Origin: an uncultured Chloroflexia bacterium
GTDB taxonomy: Bacteria; Chloroflexota; Limnocylindria; Limnocylindrales; CSP1-4
Direction: 5' to 3'
DNA length: 64,000 nt
Assembly (NCBI GenBank): GCA_963768655.1
Contig: CAVYIM010000006.1
Location: forward strand, 1-64,000
Shown here: positions 51,551 to 62,464 of the stretch, piece after piece
How positions within the stretch are numbered: the first letter of the stretch is position 1
Layout of the letters: the number at the start of each line of letters is the position of its first letter
The notes under the pieces: generated by a model
Seen by the model: the letters and a program-made list of their open reading frames with translations, nothing else
The model's database searches: none
What the model was told of the DNA's origin: nothing
Position numbers and translations under genes: made by a program

Positions 51551-52921
51551 CTACGCGGCCAACATTTCGGCTCGCGGACCGTTCGCCCAGAGCCGGCGGA
51601 GCAGCCTGGCAAGGGCGGCGCCGTGGACCGCCAGGGGCGCCGGATAGCTGAACGTGAGCGTCCGGCTGGAACCCCGCAGCGTGACGCGGGCGATGAGCGG
51701 CGACAGAACCATCCCCACGCTTCGCATCTCGCGAAGCGACAGCCGTTCGGGCCGCGGGCCGACCACGCCCACCTCATCAGGACTCAGCCACAGACCGAGG
51801 GGCTGGCGCTGGCCTTCCCGGCGGGGGCTGTAGACGAAGGCGAGCAACTCACCCGCCTCGCGCCGGGCTGCATCATGGAGCGCCTGAGCTTCGTCGAGCT
51901 GGCGAAAGCGCTCGGCTGTTTCCTCGACGAACTCGACGGCCTCGGTCACATAGACACGACGCAGCCGTTCGCGGTTGCGCTCGGGCAGGAAGCTCGATGC
52001 GAGGGACTCGAACACGCGGACCTCGGCCTCGAGCTCCACCGGAAGGGCCACGTTGTGCCGGCCTCCCCCCGTCTGGAGGACGAGCCGCAAGGCATCGCGT
52101 TCATCCTCCACCCGCACGCCCGTGAGTTGCTCGACGGGCACCATGTCGACGTCCACGCCCCAATCGAAGAGGTACGAATCCGGGTTCGTGTGGTCGACCA
52201 GCCACAGGACCTGGCGGTCGGTGAGGAGCAGGAGTCCGGAACGGTGGTCTCTTCCGCCGCGGACGCGGGTGAGAAGCCCGGCGTCCGAACGCCACGGCCG
52301 CTCGATCGAGTAGTGCAGGCGCTCGTCCGGATCGAGCATGCCTTCGAGCCCGCGCAGGAAGCGCGGCGGCAGTCGATCCAACGAACGTTCGGCCTGGCTG
52401 TAGACGCCGCCCGACCGGAGAGCCTCCTCGGACATGCCCTCGGGCGGTCGCCATGCCAGACCGCCCGTGATCCGGCCGCGTCCCCGACGCTCCCGGAACG
52501 CCCGTCTTGCCGCCGAGGCGTGCTCCGAAGCGCGCGCCGCGTCGATCCACTCGGCGTCCGGCGACACACGCCCGACCGCTCGCAGAACGGCGTCGACGGG
52601 GAGCGTGGCGCCCGGCAGACGAGCCACCAGGACGAGACCGGCAGCGTCCGAGAAACCGCCGGCTAGCTCGGCGTCGATGCGAGCCCCAACGAAGCTGGAC
52701 GCCGGAAGCACCACCAGAGCCGGCACCTCGCGGCCGTGGCCATCGTCGGAATCGACGAGGAACCCCCGGTCGGCGCCGAGCCACAGGCCGCCGGCTCGGG
52801 CGCCGCGCGCCACGATGCCACCACGCGCTAGGTCGCGTTCGTAGTCGAGGCCCGGGCCGAGTGCCTCCTCGACCTCGACCAGGAGGGTGTGGCGGGAGTG
52901 GCGCGCGTCGCGGGCGGTCAT
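51551..52921 (-). CDS. hypothetical protein: degenerate family-I pyrophosphatase-like N domain + PH-like C region
   Basis: LVEVE..DYE...ADRGFLVDSDDGHGREVPALVV..SSFVGARI....GGFSD echoes the PPase fold; GLLLLTDRQVLW; ATGA-coupled to the upstream gene. Confidence 0.6.
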   Translation of the reverse strand: MTARDARHSRHTLLVEVEEALGPGLDYERDLARGGIVARGARAGGLWLGADRGFLVDSDDGHGREVPALVVLPASSFVGARIDAELAGGFSDAAGLVLVARLPGATLPVDAVLRAVGRVSPDAEWIDAARASEHASAARRAFRERRGRGRITGGLAWRPPEGMSEEALRSGGVYSQAERSLDRLPPRFLRGLEGMLDPDERLHYSIERPWRSDAGLLTRVRGGRDHRSGLLLLTDRQVLWLVDHTNPDSYLFDWGVDVDMVPVEQLTGVRVEDERDALRLVLQTGGGRHNVALPVELEAEVRVFESLASSFLPERNRERLRRVYVTEAVEFVEETAERFRQLDEAQALHDAARREAGELLAFVYSPRREGQRQPLGLWLSPDEVGVVGPRPERLSLREMRSVGMVLSPLIARVTLRGSSRTLTFSYPAPLAVHGAALARLLRRLWANGPRAEMLAA

Positions 52922-54306
52922 TGCGCGCTCCGGTGATGCGGCACGGCCCGAGCCGCTCTCCGCAGCTGCCGCCAGCGACCGATCGCGCGAGCCGTTTCTC
53001 GCTCGCTGATCGCCGCCCGCCCGTAGACCGCCAGTTCGTAGTCCGCGGCGAGCAGCCCGAGCGGCAGGCGCGGGAGCCCGAGTGTCCCTGTGCGCGCGGC
53101 GTGGACTTGGGGCGTCTCGGCCGGTCGCCGTCCCAGCTCGCCACGGCCGGCGAGCTCGTCCAGGAGCGCGAGGTACGCCTCCGGGGCCGTCGCTGGACGC
53201 CGCGGCAGGGCTGCGCGAGGATGGATGGCGAGGCGCGGCAGGTGGAGGTTCAAGCTCGGCGGGTGGACTTCCCTGCGGCGCTCCTCGCGTGGGGGCGTGG
53301 CGACCTTCGGTTCAGGCCGACTGACGGCGAACCTGCGGAATCCGACGGCCAGCAGCACGATGACGGCGACGACACCGGCCACCACCAGCCAGCCGAGGGG
53401 CAGCGAGCCCCCGGGCACGGGTCCGCCGAGTGACGACACAGTGTGCGGGCCGCCGGAGCTCCCGGCGGCGGTCCCGGTCGTGGGAACGCTTCCACCTGTG
53501 CCGAAAAGGGAAGGCAGATGTATGCCGTTGAGCACCTGCCCGATCGCGGCCGCCAGCGCGACGAGAAGACCGCCGAGCGGTGCGAGCAGCAGGCCGATCG
53601 CACCACCGACCGGGCCGCCGATCGCAGTCAGCCCGTCCCGGGCGGAGGTCCCGCTCAAGATCGCGATCGGGATCCCCAGAGCCGCGACCACGACCACTAC
53701 GCCGGTCGAGACCATCGCCCAGGTGCGCCCGCCACGGCTTTCCGAGCCGAGTAGCTCGAGCTCCCGCAGGCGAGCGTGGCCGATCGCGAGCAACCCAGCC
53801 GCCACGCAGACCGCCGACCCGACGAGGGCCGGCCCAACGAAGGGGCCGGAGGATCGAAGGTGGGGCAACCACGAGGCGGCCAGCACCGGGAACGCATACG
53901 CGAGCGCCCGGGTCGAGGTTTCGATCTCGTCGTCCGCGTGCTCGTGGGCTGCGCCTCGAAGAACCGCGACGCCGAGCAGCCAGCCTGCGGGGTGAACGAG
54001 GAGGGCGCTCAGCGGGTTGTCCAGGGCCGCGAGGGTCGTCCGGGCCGCCGGATCGACGAGCCACCCGAGAGCGCCGGCAAGCACGGCGAGAGCCGCGATC
54101 CACGGCACCCGCGGCGTTGATCGAGGGCGCAGGCGAGCCCAGACGAGCCCGGCCACGGCCGCCGGGCAGAACTCGACGAGTGACAGCGGTGCGCTCGAGC
54201 TCGCGCCCAGGAGCGCGATGGCGGCGTACGCGACGCCTACGAGGCTGCCTTCGAGCAGGCCGTCGAGGGCAAGAGGCAGAAGATCAGCTCGCCAGGACCA
54301 ACGCAT
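52918..54306 (-). CDS. multi-pass membrane protein with C-terminal DUF4129 domain
   Basis: Many TM segments; AYLALL..L...G..RRPAETP..HA...LAADYELAVYG. Confidence 0.8.
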   Translation of the reverse strand: MRWSWRADLLPLALDGLLEGSLVGVAYAAIALLGASSSAPLSLVEFCPAAVAGLVWARLRPRSTPRVPWIAALAVLAGALGWLVDPAARTTLAALDNPLSALLVHPAGWLLGVAVLRGAAHEHADDEIETSTRALAYAFPVLAASWLPHLRSSGPFVGPALVGSAVCVAAGLLAIGHARLRELELLGSESRGGRTWAMVSTGVVVVVAALGIPIAILSGTSARDGLTAIGGPVGGAIGLLLAPLGGLLVALAAAIGQVLNGIHLPSLFGTGGSVPTTGTAAGSSGGPHTVSSLGGPVPGGSLPLGWLVVAGVVAVIVLLAVGFRRFAVSRPEPKVATPPREERRREVHPPSLNLHLPRLAIHPRAALPRRPATAPEAYLALLDELAGRGELGRRPAETPQVHAARTGTLGLPRLPLGLLAADYELAVYGRAAISERETARAIGRWRQLRRAARAVPHHRSAQ

Positions 54307-55519
54307 CGCTCGTCCGCCAGTCCGGGGCCAGAGACCCGCTCGTCGCGGTCAGTCCGACCGCCCGCGCCGCCGCCACGGCACGCGGGCCGTCCGCGCCGAG
54401 CCCAACGAATTGCACCGGATGGCCCGACCGGTCGAGCCGGGTGAGAGAGGTGAGGTAAGGCGCCGGGTCGCGGGCGGCGAGCACGATCACGGTCGTGCCC
54501 GGCGGGATCGTCCACGGCAGCCGGGCGATGAGCCGCTCGAACGGCGCCGAAGGGACCTCGCTCAGGCGCCCCAGCAGGTCGGTGATGGCGGCCAGCTGGT
54601 CGCGGCCGGCTCGAGGCGCGACGAGGGCGAACCGATCGACCGTCCGGCTGAACGCAGCCGCGGCAAGCCCGCACGACGCACCCTGGGCGAGGGCGTGGCG
54701 CGCCAGCGACGCCGCCGCGACCATCAGGCTCTCGACGAGTTCTTCGTCGAAATGGAGCGTCCAGTGCGGGCCCGGCATCGTCTGCACGTCGAGCGCGATG
54801 AGGACCTCACGCGCCCGCGATGGGTCGAACCGCTTGCTCACCGCCGCCCCCGTCCTGGCCGTCGCCCGCCAGTGAACGCGTCGCAACGGATCGCCAGGCT
54901 GATACGGGCGGACACCGGCGAAGAGAGCCGGGTCTTCGAACAGGCTTCGCTGGGCGGGCAGGAATCCGAGTGGCAGGCGCTGCGGGCTGGCGATCCGCAC
55001 GGGCACGCTGCGCGGCCGGACGATGTACGTGGCGCGGTCTTCGTGCTCCTCGGTCGCGGCCCCGCGCCCGAACAGGTCGGCGACCGTGACCTGGACGGGG
55101 CCGAAGGAGTAGACGCCGCGGTGGTCCGCGGCGATCGTGAGGTGGCGCACGACGCGCTCGTACCAGCCTACGGTCCAGCGACTGCGCAGAACGGTGAATC
55201 CCGGTCGGTCGCTCCGCGCGAGCGGTTCGTCGCGCACCACGGCGCCCTGCGTCGCAAAGTCATCGATCGACAGCCAGGCCAGCGGCAGGGGTTTGTCGTT
55301 CCAGACGGCGATGTCGAGCGGTACTTCGTCGCCCCACACCGCCCGGTCACGGCCGATCCGCCTCTCGTAGTGGAGGTCGCGCAGGCCGTAGCGGGTCCAC
55401 AGCTCTGTTACGCCGGTGGTGAAGAGTGCGAGGAGCCCCACGAGCACGAGCCCCGGCGCCGCCGCGACGGCGCCGGCTGCCACCATGGCGAGGCCGAAGG
55501 CGAGTCCCCAGCGGGTCAT
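54284..55519 (-). CDS. DUF58 (vWA-like) protein
   Basis: RGVYSFGPV...DLFG, GVRPYQPGDPLRRVHWRATARTG. Confidence 0.9.
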   Translation of the reverse strand: MTRWGLAFGLAMVAAGAVAAAPGLVLVGLLALFTTGVTELWTRYGLRDLHYERRIGRDRAVWGDEVPLDIAVWNDKPLPLAWLSIDDFATQGAVVRDEPLARSDRPGFTVLRSRWTVGWYERVVRHLTIAADHRGVYSFGPVQVTVADLFGRGAATEEHEDRATYIVRPRSVPVRIASPQRLPLGFLPAQRSLFEDPALFAGVRPYQPGDPLRRVHWRATARTGAAVSKRFDPSRAREVLIALDVQTMPGPHWTLHFDEELVESLMVAAASLARHALAQGASCGLAAAAFSRTVDRFALVAPRAGRDQLAAITDLLGRLSEVPSAPFERLIARLPWTIPPGTTVIVLAARDPAPYLTSLTRLDRSGHPVQFVGLGADGPRAVAAARAVGLTATSGSLAPDWRTSDALVLAS

Positions 55520-56520
55520 CGCTCGCGCACCGGCACCGGCACCGACGCAAGCACCTCGGCCAGCACCCGCTCGATGGTCGCGCCGCGGAGCTGGCGGTCC
55601 ACGTCGAGCAGGAGGCGGTGGCCCAGCACCGGGCCCACGACGGCGGCCACGTCGTCGGGCAGGATGAAGGCCCGGCCCTCGAGCGCTGCCCATGCCTGGC
55701 TCGCCCGGAACAGGGCCACGCTCGTCCGCGGGCTCGCCCCAAGGCGCAGATCGTCGTGCTCGCGCGTAGCCCGGACCAGGTCGACGGCATAGCCTTCGAC
55801 GGCATCGCTCACGACGATCTCGCTCACGGCCCGCCGCAGCGCGAGCAACGTGTCGCGATCGACGATCGGCGTGATCCGGTCGAGCGGCTCGTCGCCGCCT
55901 TGATAGCGCCGGGCGATGCGCCGCTCGTCGTCCCGGCTCGGGTAGCCCAGGGTCACGCGCAGCAGGAATCGGTCGAGCTGGGCTTCGGGCAGCGAGAAGG
56001 TTCCCTCCAGCTCGATGGGGTTCTGCGTGGCGACGACGAGGAAGGGCGCGGGCAGCGGCCGGGTTTCGCCCTCGATCGAGACCTGGCGCTCCTGCATCGC
56101 CTCCAGGAGCGCGGACTGGGTCCGCGGCGTGGCGCGGTTGATCTCGTCGACGAGCAGGACGTTGGCGAAGACCGGACCCGGCAGGAAGCGCAGACGTCCG
56201 GCTTCGAGAATGCTCGAACCGGTTACGTCGGTTGGCAGCAGGTCGGGCGTCCCCTGGATCCGGCCGAAGGACAGGCCCAGGGATTGCGCGAAGGCGCGCG
56301 CCAGCAGTGTCTTGCCGACCCCGGGAACGTCCTCGATCAGGGCGTGACCGTCGGCGAGCAGGGCAACGGCAAGGAGACGCAGCGCCGGCTCGTCGCTCAC
56401 GACCGCGACGGCGACGGCATCGCGCAGGTCGTGCCAGAAGCGGCCGACGCGCGCCTGACCGGAACTCGGATGCCCGGCGGCAGGCGTGGCCTCTGTCTCG
56501 AGCGGCTCCGTGGCGCTCAT
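55516..56520 (-). CDS. MoxR-family AAA+ ATPase
   Basis: [61 protein letters not shown]. Confidence 0.95.
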   Translation of the reverse strand: MSATEPLETEATPAAGHPSSGQARVGRFWHDLRDAVAVAVVSDEPALRLLAVALLADGHALIEDVPGVGKTLLARAFAQSLGLSFGRIQGTPDLLPTDVTGSSILEAGRLRFLPGPVFANVLLVDEINRATPRTQSALLEAMQERQVSIEGETRPLPAPFLVVATQNPIELEGTFSLPEAQLDRFLLRVTLGYPSRDDERRIARRYQGGDEPLDRITPIVDRDTLLALRRAVSEIVVSDAVEGYAVDLVRATREHDDLRLGASPRTSVALFRASQAWAALEGRAFILPDDVAAVVGPVLGHRLLLDVDRQLRGATIERVLAEVLASVPVPVRER

Positions 56521-57062
56521 CGTTCCCCGCCGGGAGCGGTCGTGTCTGCGGGATCTGCCGCCCTCGGATCTGCCGCCCTCGGATCTGCCGCCCTCGGATC
56601 TGCCGCCCTCGAGGTGTCCGCCGGCGGATTGTCCGCCCGGGCGCCGAGTCGCTCGATCGCGCGTTCGAGCAGCTGCCGGTCGGCATCGTGCGTTAGCATC
56701 CGCAGTCCCTCCTCCAGGCTCACGAACCTCGCCTCGGCGAAGATCGGCTCGTGCTCGATCTCGCCGCCGACGCGGTGGGCGAGGAACCAGTCGACCTGCT
56801 TGCGGTTCGCCGTGCCGTTGTGGCTCTTGAACTGGTATCGCGTTGACCCAAGCGCGTCATCCAGCGCGATCTCGACGCCCGTCTCTTCGCGGACCTCGCG
56901 GCGGGCGGCAGCTTCGGGCGCCTCGTTTCGCTCGAGGTGGCCCTTCGGGAACGCCCACTCGTGCCCGCGCCGGATGAGGAGACACCTCCCCTCGTCGACT
57001 ACCACCGCACCCGCCGAGTGGTGGAACACGAGTCGAGATCGAGATGAGACGATCGAGCTCAT
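56517..57062 (-). CDS. NUDIX hydrolase (Ap4A-hydrolase-like)
   Basis: [33 protein letters not shown] Nudix box; GGAGG RBS before ATG 57062. Confidence 0.9.
   Translation of the reverse strand: MSSIVSSRSRLVFHHSAGAVVVDEGRCLLIRRGHEWAFPKGHLERNEAPEAAARREVREETGVEIALDDALGSTRYQFKSHNGTANRKQVDWFLAHRVGGEIEHEPIFAEARFVSLEEGLRMLTHDADRQLLERAIERLGARADNPPADTSRAADPRAADPRAADPRAADPADTTAPGGER
56551..56610. repeat. 15-bp tandem repeat x4 in the NUDIX C-terminus (RAADP)
   Basis: GGATCTGCCGCCCTC x4. Confidence 0.95.
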
Positions 57063-57080
57063 GGCTCGGCCTCCGCAATG

Positions 57081-57111
57081 AAAAAGGCTCCCGGACTGCG
57101 GTCCAGAAGCC
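57081..57111 (-). terminator. intrinsic terminator, riboswitch expression platform
   Basis: GGCUUCUGGAC-CGCA-GUCCGGGAGCC followed by UUUUU; 5' arm overlaps the aptamer pseudoknot strand. Confidence 0.85.
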
Positions 57112-57151
57112 ATCACCCGTCGACCGGGAAACTGCGCGAGCTTCATCGCGC
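57105..57151 (-). promoter_or_regulatory. fluoride riboswitch (crcB motif) #2
   Basis: GCGC-GAUGAAGCUC-GCGC ... CCCG..CGGG-UGAUGGCUUCU; GAAGCU/GGCUUC pseudoknot; TAGCAT -10 at 57167-57172. Confidence 0.85.
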
Positions 57152-57192
57152 GTTCAACTAACCGACATGCTACCGCGTCCCGGCCTGGCTGG

Positions 57193-58011
57193 CTAATCGT
57201 GTGGTTCGGTGTGGCTCGTGGCCCGATCCGTACCCTGGCCGTGCCCGTGCCCGTGCCCGTGCCCGTGGCCGTGGCGCCACTCCCAACCTTCGCGCCCGCC
57301 GAGCACTTCGGTCGCCTGCGAGGCGGAGACGTGCTGCTCATGGGTCAGGCGATGCTGGCGGTCGTAGGTGCTGTCGTGCGCGTAAGCCTCAAGCGATGCC
57401 CGAAGCTCCGCCAGCCGCTCGAGCTGTCGGTCCAGGACGGGCCGGACGCTCGCCAGCCGCTTCTCGTCGGCGGAGGCCGCCCGGGCCAACAGGACGATGT
57501 CCGGAAGGCACAGCGGCGCGCGGGCGAGCGCCTCACGCCAGCGCGCGCTGTCGAGGCGATGGAGCAGTCGCTCGATGGCGCGCTCGACCGCGTCGTCTTC
57601 GGCGGCACAGGCAGGGCAGTCGGACGCCGCGGCCGCCCGGTCGAGCTGGCGCGCACTCGTTCGACCCGGCTCGGCGTTCGCGTCGGCCAGCCGCTCGATC
57701 CGCTGGCGCAGCACCGACTCGAGGAGAATGGCGGCGCCGAGCGTGCCGCCCATCTCTTCGCGATCTGCCTCGAACAACCCGACGGTGTGGCGCCCGCAGA
57801 AGCCGCGCGACCTCTCCAGCACGCGCCGAAACCCTACGTCATTGACGCCTTCGTTGACGAGCGACCGGAGGAAGCGCCGGCCCTGGGCGACCCGGTGGCG
57901 GCACAGCGGGCAGCCGGCCTCGAACAACTCCTCGGATAGGCCGATGTCGACGTTGTCGTGCGCTTCAAGCTCCGCTGCCTTGCGACTCGCCTCGGTGTCG
58001 CGGCGGGCCAT
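57193..58011 (-). CDS. DUF6062-like Cys-motif protein (copy 2) with HG-repeat tail
   Basis: GCPLC, GFCGRH, CPAC, LCLPD; tail [10 protein letters not shown]. Confidence 0.72.
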   Translation of the reverse strand: MARRDTEASRKAAELEAHDNVDIGLSEELFEAGCPLCRHRVAQGRRFLRSLVNEGVNDVGFRRVLERSRGFCGRHTVGLFEADREEMGGTLGAAILLESVLRQRIERLADANAEPGRTSARQLDRAAAASDCPACAAEDDAVERAIERLLHRLDSARWREALARAPLCLPDIVLLARAASADEKRLASVRPVLDRQLERLAELRASLEAYAHDSTYDRQHRLTHEQHVSASQATEVLGGREGWEWRHGHGHGHGHGHGQGTDRATSHTEPHD

Positions 58012-58012
58012 C

Positions 58013-58516
58013 TCAGGCCTCTCCGTCAAGGGCCGGGCCGGCGGGCGGTTCCACGAGCGAGGCTGAGGCCACGCCGTCCGGCGATCCCGAAACCGGCCCG
58101 TTCGCCTCCAGGCCGACGTCTTCGAGGGCGGAGACGAGCTCCATCAGCCGCTCGACCGCCGGATCGAGCGTGGCGCGCAGGGCCGGGTCCACGTGACCGT
58201 AGGCTCGAAGACGGCGACTCTTGACCTCGGCCAGGCTCTCCCAGGAAACCCTCATTAGCCCGGCGATCTCGCGGGCAGAGTCGCGCTGTTGGATGGCGAG
58301 ATGGAACGCCTGGGAAACCGACGCGATCGTCGAGCGCAAGTCGGCCAGCGTCGTGTCGACGCGCGCTCGCTCTTCGCGCGACCAGGCCGGCCGAAGGCGG
58401 TGGTACAGGAGGCCGTCCTCGTCGCGGTCGAGCAGCTCCTCCACGCGGGCCAGGCGCTCCTCGAGCAGCCTGAGCGCCACGCTCACGGCGCGCTCCTGGT
58501 CGGGATTGAGGCTCAC
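58013..58516 (-). CDS. hypothetical helical protein
   Basis: LNPDQERAV..L..LEERL...W..L.E....RLRAYGHV; between eno and DUF6062. Confidence 0.75.
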   Translation of the reverse strand: MSLNPDQERAVSVALRLLEERLARVEELLDRDEDGLLYHRLRPAWSREERARVDTTLADLRSTIASVSQAFHLAIQQRDSAREIAGLMRVSWESLAEVKSRRLRAYGHVDPALRATLDPAVERLMELVSALEDVGLEANGPVSGSPDGVASASLVEPPAGPALDGEA

Positions 58517-58574
58517 GGTTGGCCCGGACGAGTCGGGCCCCCATACGAAGGGCCCGCCGCGTCTTCAGGCTGGC

Positions 58575-59885
<1,311 letters not shown>

Positions 59886-60008
59886 TCAGCCTTTCCGCCG
59901 GCGGCTGGCCGGCCAACTCTGAGCGTGCCGGCGCCGAGCCAGTGTCGGAGTTTGGGGGAAGATCCGCGAAGGACCATGCTGGCTCCGGCTGCGGGTTGCT
60001 TCACGAGA

Positions 60009-60080
60009 AGAAGCTGTCATCGGCCGAGCCGCGGTTCGCCGGCCCCGGTCTTGGGAGGTCGGCTGGCGAGCCTCATCGCC
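60009..60080 (-). promoter_or_regulatory. fluoride riboswitch (crcB motif) #1, upstream of eno
   Basis: GGC-GAUGAGGCUC-GCC ... UGAC-AGCUUCU; GAGGCU/AGCUUC pseudoknot; TACAAT -10 at 60087-60092; competing GCUUC/GAAGC hairpin. Confidence 0.7.
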
Positions 60081-60110
60081 GCCGCCATTGTAGCCGCAAT
60101 GCCGGCTTGA

Positions 60111-60605
60111 TCAGCCCGGCGGGAACCGAGCGCCGGCAGGTTGCCTCCGCGCCCCGGACTCCGTGTCCGGCTCGACCACGACGAAGCGTCCGCCGGGTCG
60201 CAGGGACCGCGAGAGTGCCGCCAGCGTGGCCGGCAGCGCGGCCCGATCGACGTCGTGCAGGACGAAGTGGGCGAGGATCACATCGAAGCGAGCGTCCGGC
60301 AGCGCCAGTGCGGGTGCCTCGCCGAGCAGGAACCGCACGTTGGCCTGGCGCCGAAGCCGCTGCCGCGCCTCCGCGAGCCACGCCGGCGAGACGTCCAGGC
60401 ATGTCAGCCGTCCGCCGCGATTCAGGGCCCAGGCGAGGTAGACGGCCTCGGAACCGGCGCCGGAACCGAAGTCGAGGACGTGCTCCGTGCCGGTGAGCTC
60501 GAGCGACGCCACCAGCCGGCGCAGGTAGCCGGCCCGGAGCGGGTCGTACACGAGGCGGTATCCGGCGCGGGCGAGGCGAGACGGGGCGGTGTAGTTGTGG
60601 GGCAT
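60111..60605 (-). CDS. class I SAM-dependent methyltransferase (short, possibly truncated)
   Basis: VLDFGSGAG, CLDVS, FDVI..HFVLHDV, LRPGGRFVVVE. Confidence 0.8.
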   Translation of the reverse strand: MPHNYTAPSRLARAGYRLVYDPLRAGYLRRLVASLELTGTEHVLDFGSGAGSEAVYLAWALNRGGRLTCLDVSPAWLAEARQRLRRQANVRFLLGEAPALALPDARFDVILAHFVLHDVDRAALPATLAALSRSLRPGGRFVVVEPDTESGARRQPAGARFPPG

Positions 60606-60802
60606 CGGTGTCTCCAGGTCACGGATTCGATGCCGCAATGCTCGGCGGCAGATGTGCGCAGGTTGTGAAGGCGGGACGGATGCTTTGGGCAGGTGCGGGA
60701 GCACGTGCCAGGCGGCCGCGCTCGGCCGCATCGCCGTCGCGCTCGGCCGCACCGCCGTCGCGCCGCCCTGCGACGCATCGAGCCAGCGGCGAGAATAGGC
60801 GC

Positions 60803-62464
60803 ATGGAACGCCAACTCCTCTCGGGCGACGAGGCAGTCGCGCTGGCGGCACGGGACGCCGGCGTCGCGCTGGGCACCGGGTATCCCGGCACTCCCTCGAC
60901 GGAGATCCTCGAGGCGTTCTCGGAGCTGGGCGGGCGCGCCCAGTGGGCGCCCAACGAGAAGGTGGCGCTCGAGGTTGGCCTGGGCGCCGCGTTCGCGAAT
61001 GCCCGCACGATCGTGACGATGAAGCACGTCGGCCTCAACGTCGCCGCCGATCCGCTCTTCACCTCCGCCTACACGGGCGTGGCCGGCGCGCTGATCGTGG
61101 TCACCGCCGACGACCCGGGCATGTCCTCTTCGCAGAACGAGCAGGACAACCGCCGCTACGCCGTCGCGGCCGGGCTGCCGGCGATCGAGCCGTCCGACTC
61201 GCAGGAGGCCTACGACTTCTTCTTCACGGCGGTCGAAATCTCGGAACGGTGGAAGATCCCGGTCCTCTACCGGATGACCACCCGCGTCTGCCACTCCAAG
61301 TCCGTCGTGGTCGCCAGGTCCGGCGGCCGCGGCGCGGGAGACCGGGAAGCGGCGCCTCCGCGCGCCCCGCACTTCGAGCACGACATCTCCGGCCGGGTGA
61401 TGATCCCCGCCAACGCGCGGCCGGCCCACCGCCGGCTGCGGGCCAAGCTGGCCGAGATCGCAGCCTGGGGCGAGGAATGCGCGCTGAACCGCGTCGAGCC
61501 GGGCGATCGAAGCCTGGGCATCGTCACGGCCGGCGTCTCGTACCTGCACGCCGCCGAGGCCGCTCCCGGCGCCAGCTTCCTCAAGATCGGCCTCGTGAAC
61601 CCGCTGCCGATCGAGCGCGCCCGGGCGTTCGTGGCCGGCGTGGACCGCGCGGTCGTCGTGGAGGAGGGCGATCCGGTGATCGCCGACTCGCTGCGCGCCG
61701 CCGGCATCCCCGTCGAATCGAAGGCGGAGATGTACCGCTTCGGCGAGCTGGACGTGGCGCGCGTCCGCCGCATCCTCGCCGGCGACGTCACGCCGGAACC
61801 GGCTCCGCCCCGCGGCAAGCCGCCGGAGCTGTGCCCGGCCTGCCCGTACCACACCGTCTACGGCACGCTGGCGAAGCACGACTGCATCGTCGCCGGCGAC
61901 ATCGGCTGCTACACCCTCGGCGTTCTGCCGCCGTACATGGCGATGGATTCGTGCGTGGCCATGGGCGCCTCGATCGGCGTCGGCCTGGGGCTGCGCCACG
62001 TGTTGCCGCCGGCGGAGGCCCGGCGTGTGGTCTCGGTGATCGGCGACTCCACGTTCGTCCACTCCGGCATCAGCGGCCTGGTCGAGATGGCCTACAACCC
62101 GCCGCCCACCGGGCACGTGGTCCTCGTGCTGGACAACGGCACGACGGCCATGACCGGCCAGCAGGAGCACCCGGCCACGGGCCGAACGCTCGACCACGGC
62201 CCCACGAACAAGCTCTCGATCGAGGGCATCGCCACGGCCATCGGCATCGGCAGCGTCACCGTCATCGATCCCTACGCCGACCCGGACGGCTTCGAGCGCC
62301 TGCTGCTCGAACGCCTGGCTGCGTCCGACCTGTCGGTCATCGTCGCCCGCCGGCCGTGCATCCTCGCGGCGGCCGACATTCGACGCTGGGAGCAGCAGGC
62401 GGCCGAGCTTCGGGCGAAGGCTTCGGCGCAGGCGGCGTTCGACCTGCAGGGCGGCGACGAATGA
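60803..62464 (+). CDS. iorA: indolepyruvate ferredoxin oxidoreductase alpha subunit
   Basis: GYPGTPSTEI, NEKVALE, MKHVGLNVAADP, SSQNEQD, LCPACP, GDIGCYTLG, GDSTF, LDNGTTAMTGQQ. Confidence 0.92.
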   Translation: MERQLLSGDEAVALAARDAGVALGTGYPGTPSTEILEAFSELGGRAQWAPNEKVALEVGLGAAFANARTIVTMKHVGLNVAADPLFTSAYTGVAGALIVVTADDPGMSSSQNEQDNRRYAVAAGLPAIEPSDSQEAYDFFFTAVEISERWKIPVLYRMTTRVCHSKSVVVARSGGRGAGDREAAPPRAPHFEHDISGRVMIPANARPAHRRLRAKLAEIAAWGEECALNRVEPGDRSLGIVTAGVSYLHAAEAAPGASFLKIGLVNPLPIERARAFVAGVDRAVVVEEGDPVIADSLRAAGIPVESKAEMYRFGELDVARVRRILAGDVTPEPAPPRGKPPELCPACPYHTVYGTLAKHDCIVAGDIGCYTLGVLPPYMAMDSCVAMGASIGVGLGLRHVLPPAEARRVVSVIGDSTFVHSGISGLVEMAYNPPPTGHVVLVLDNGTTAMTGQQEHPATGRTLDHGPTNKLSIEGIATAIGIGSVTVIDPYADPDGFERLLLERLAASDLSVIVARRPCILAAADIRRWEQQAAELRAKASAQAAFDLQGGDE

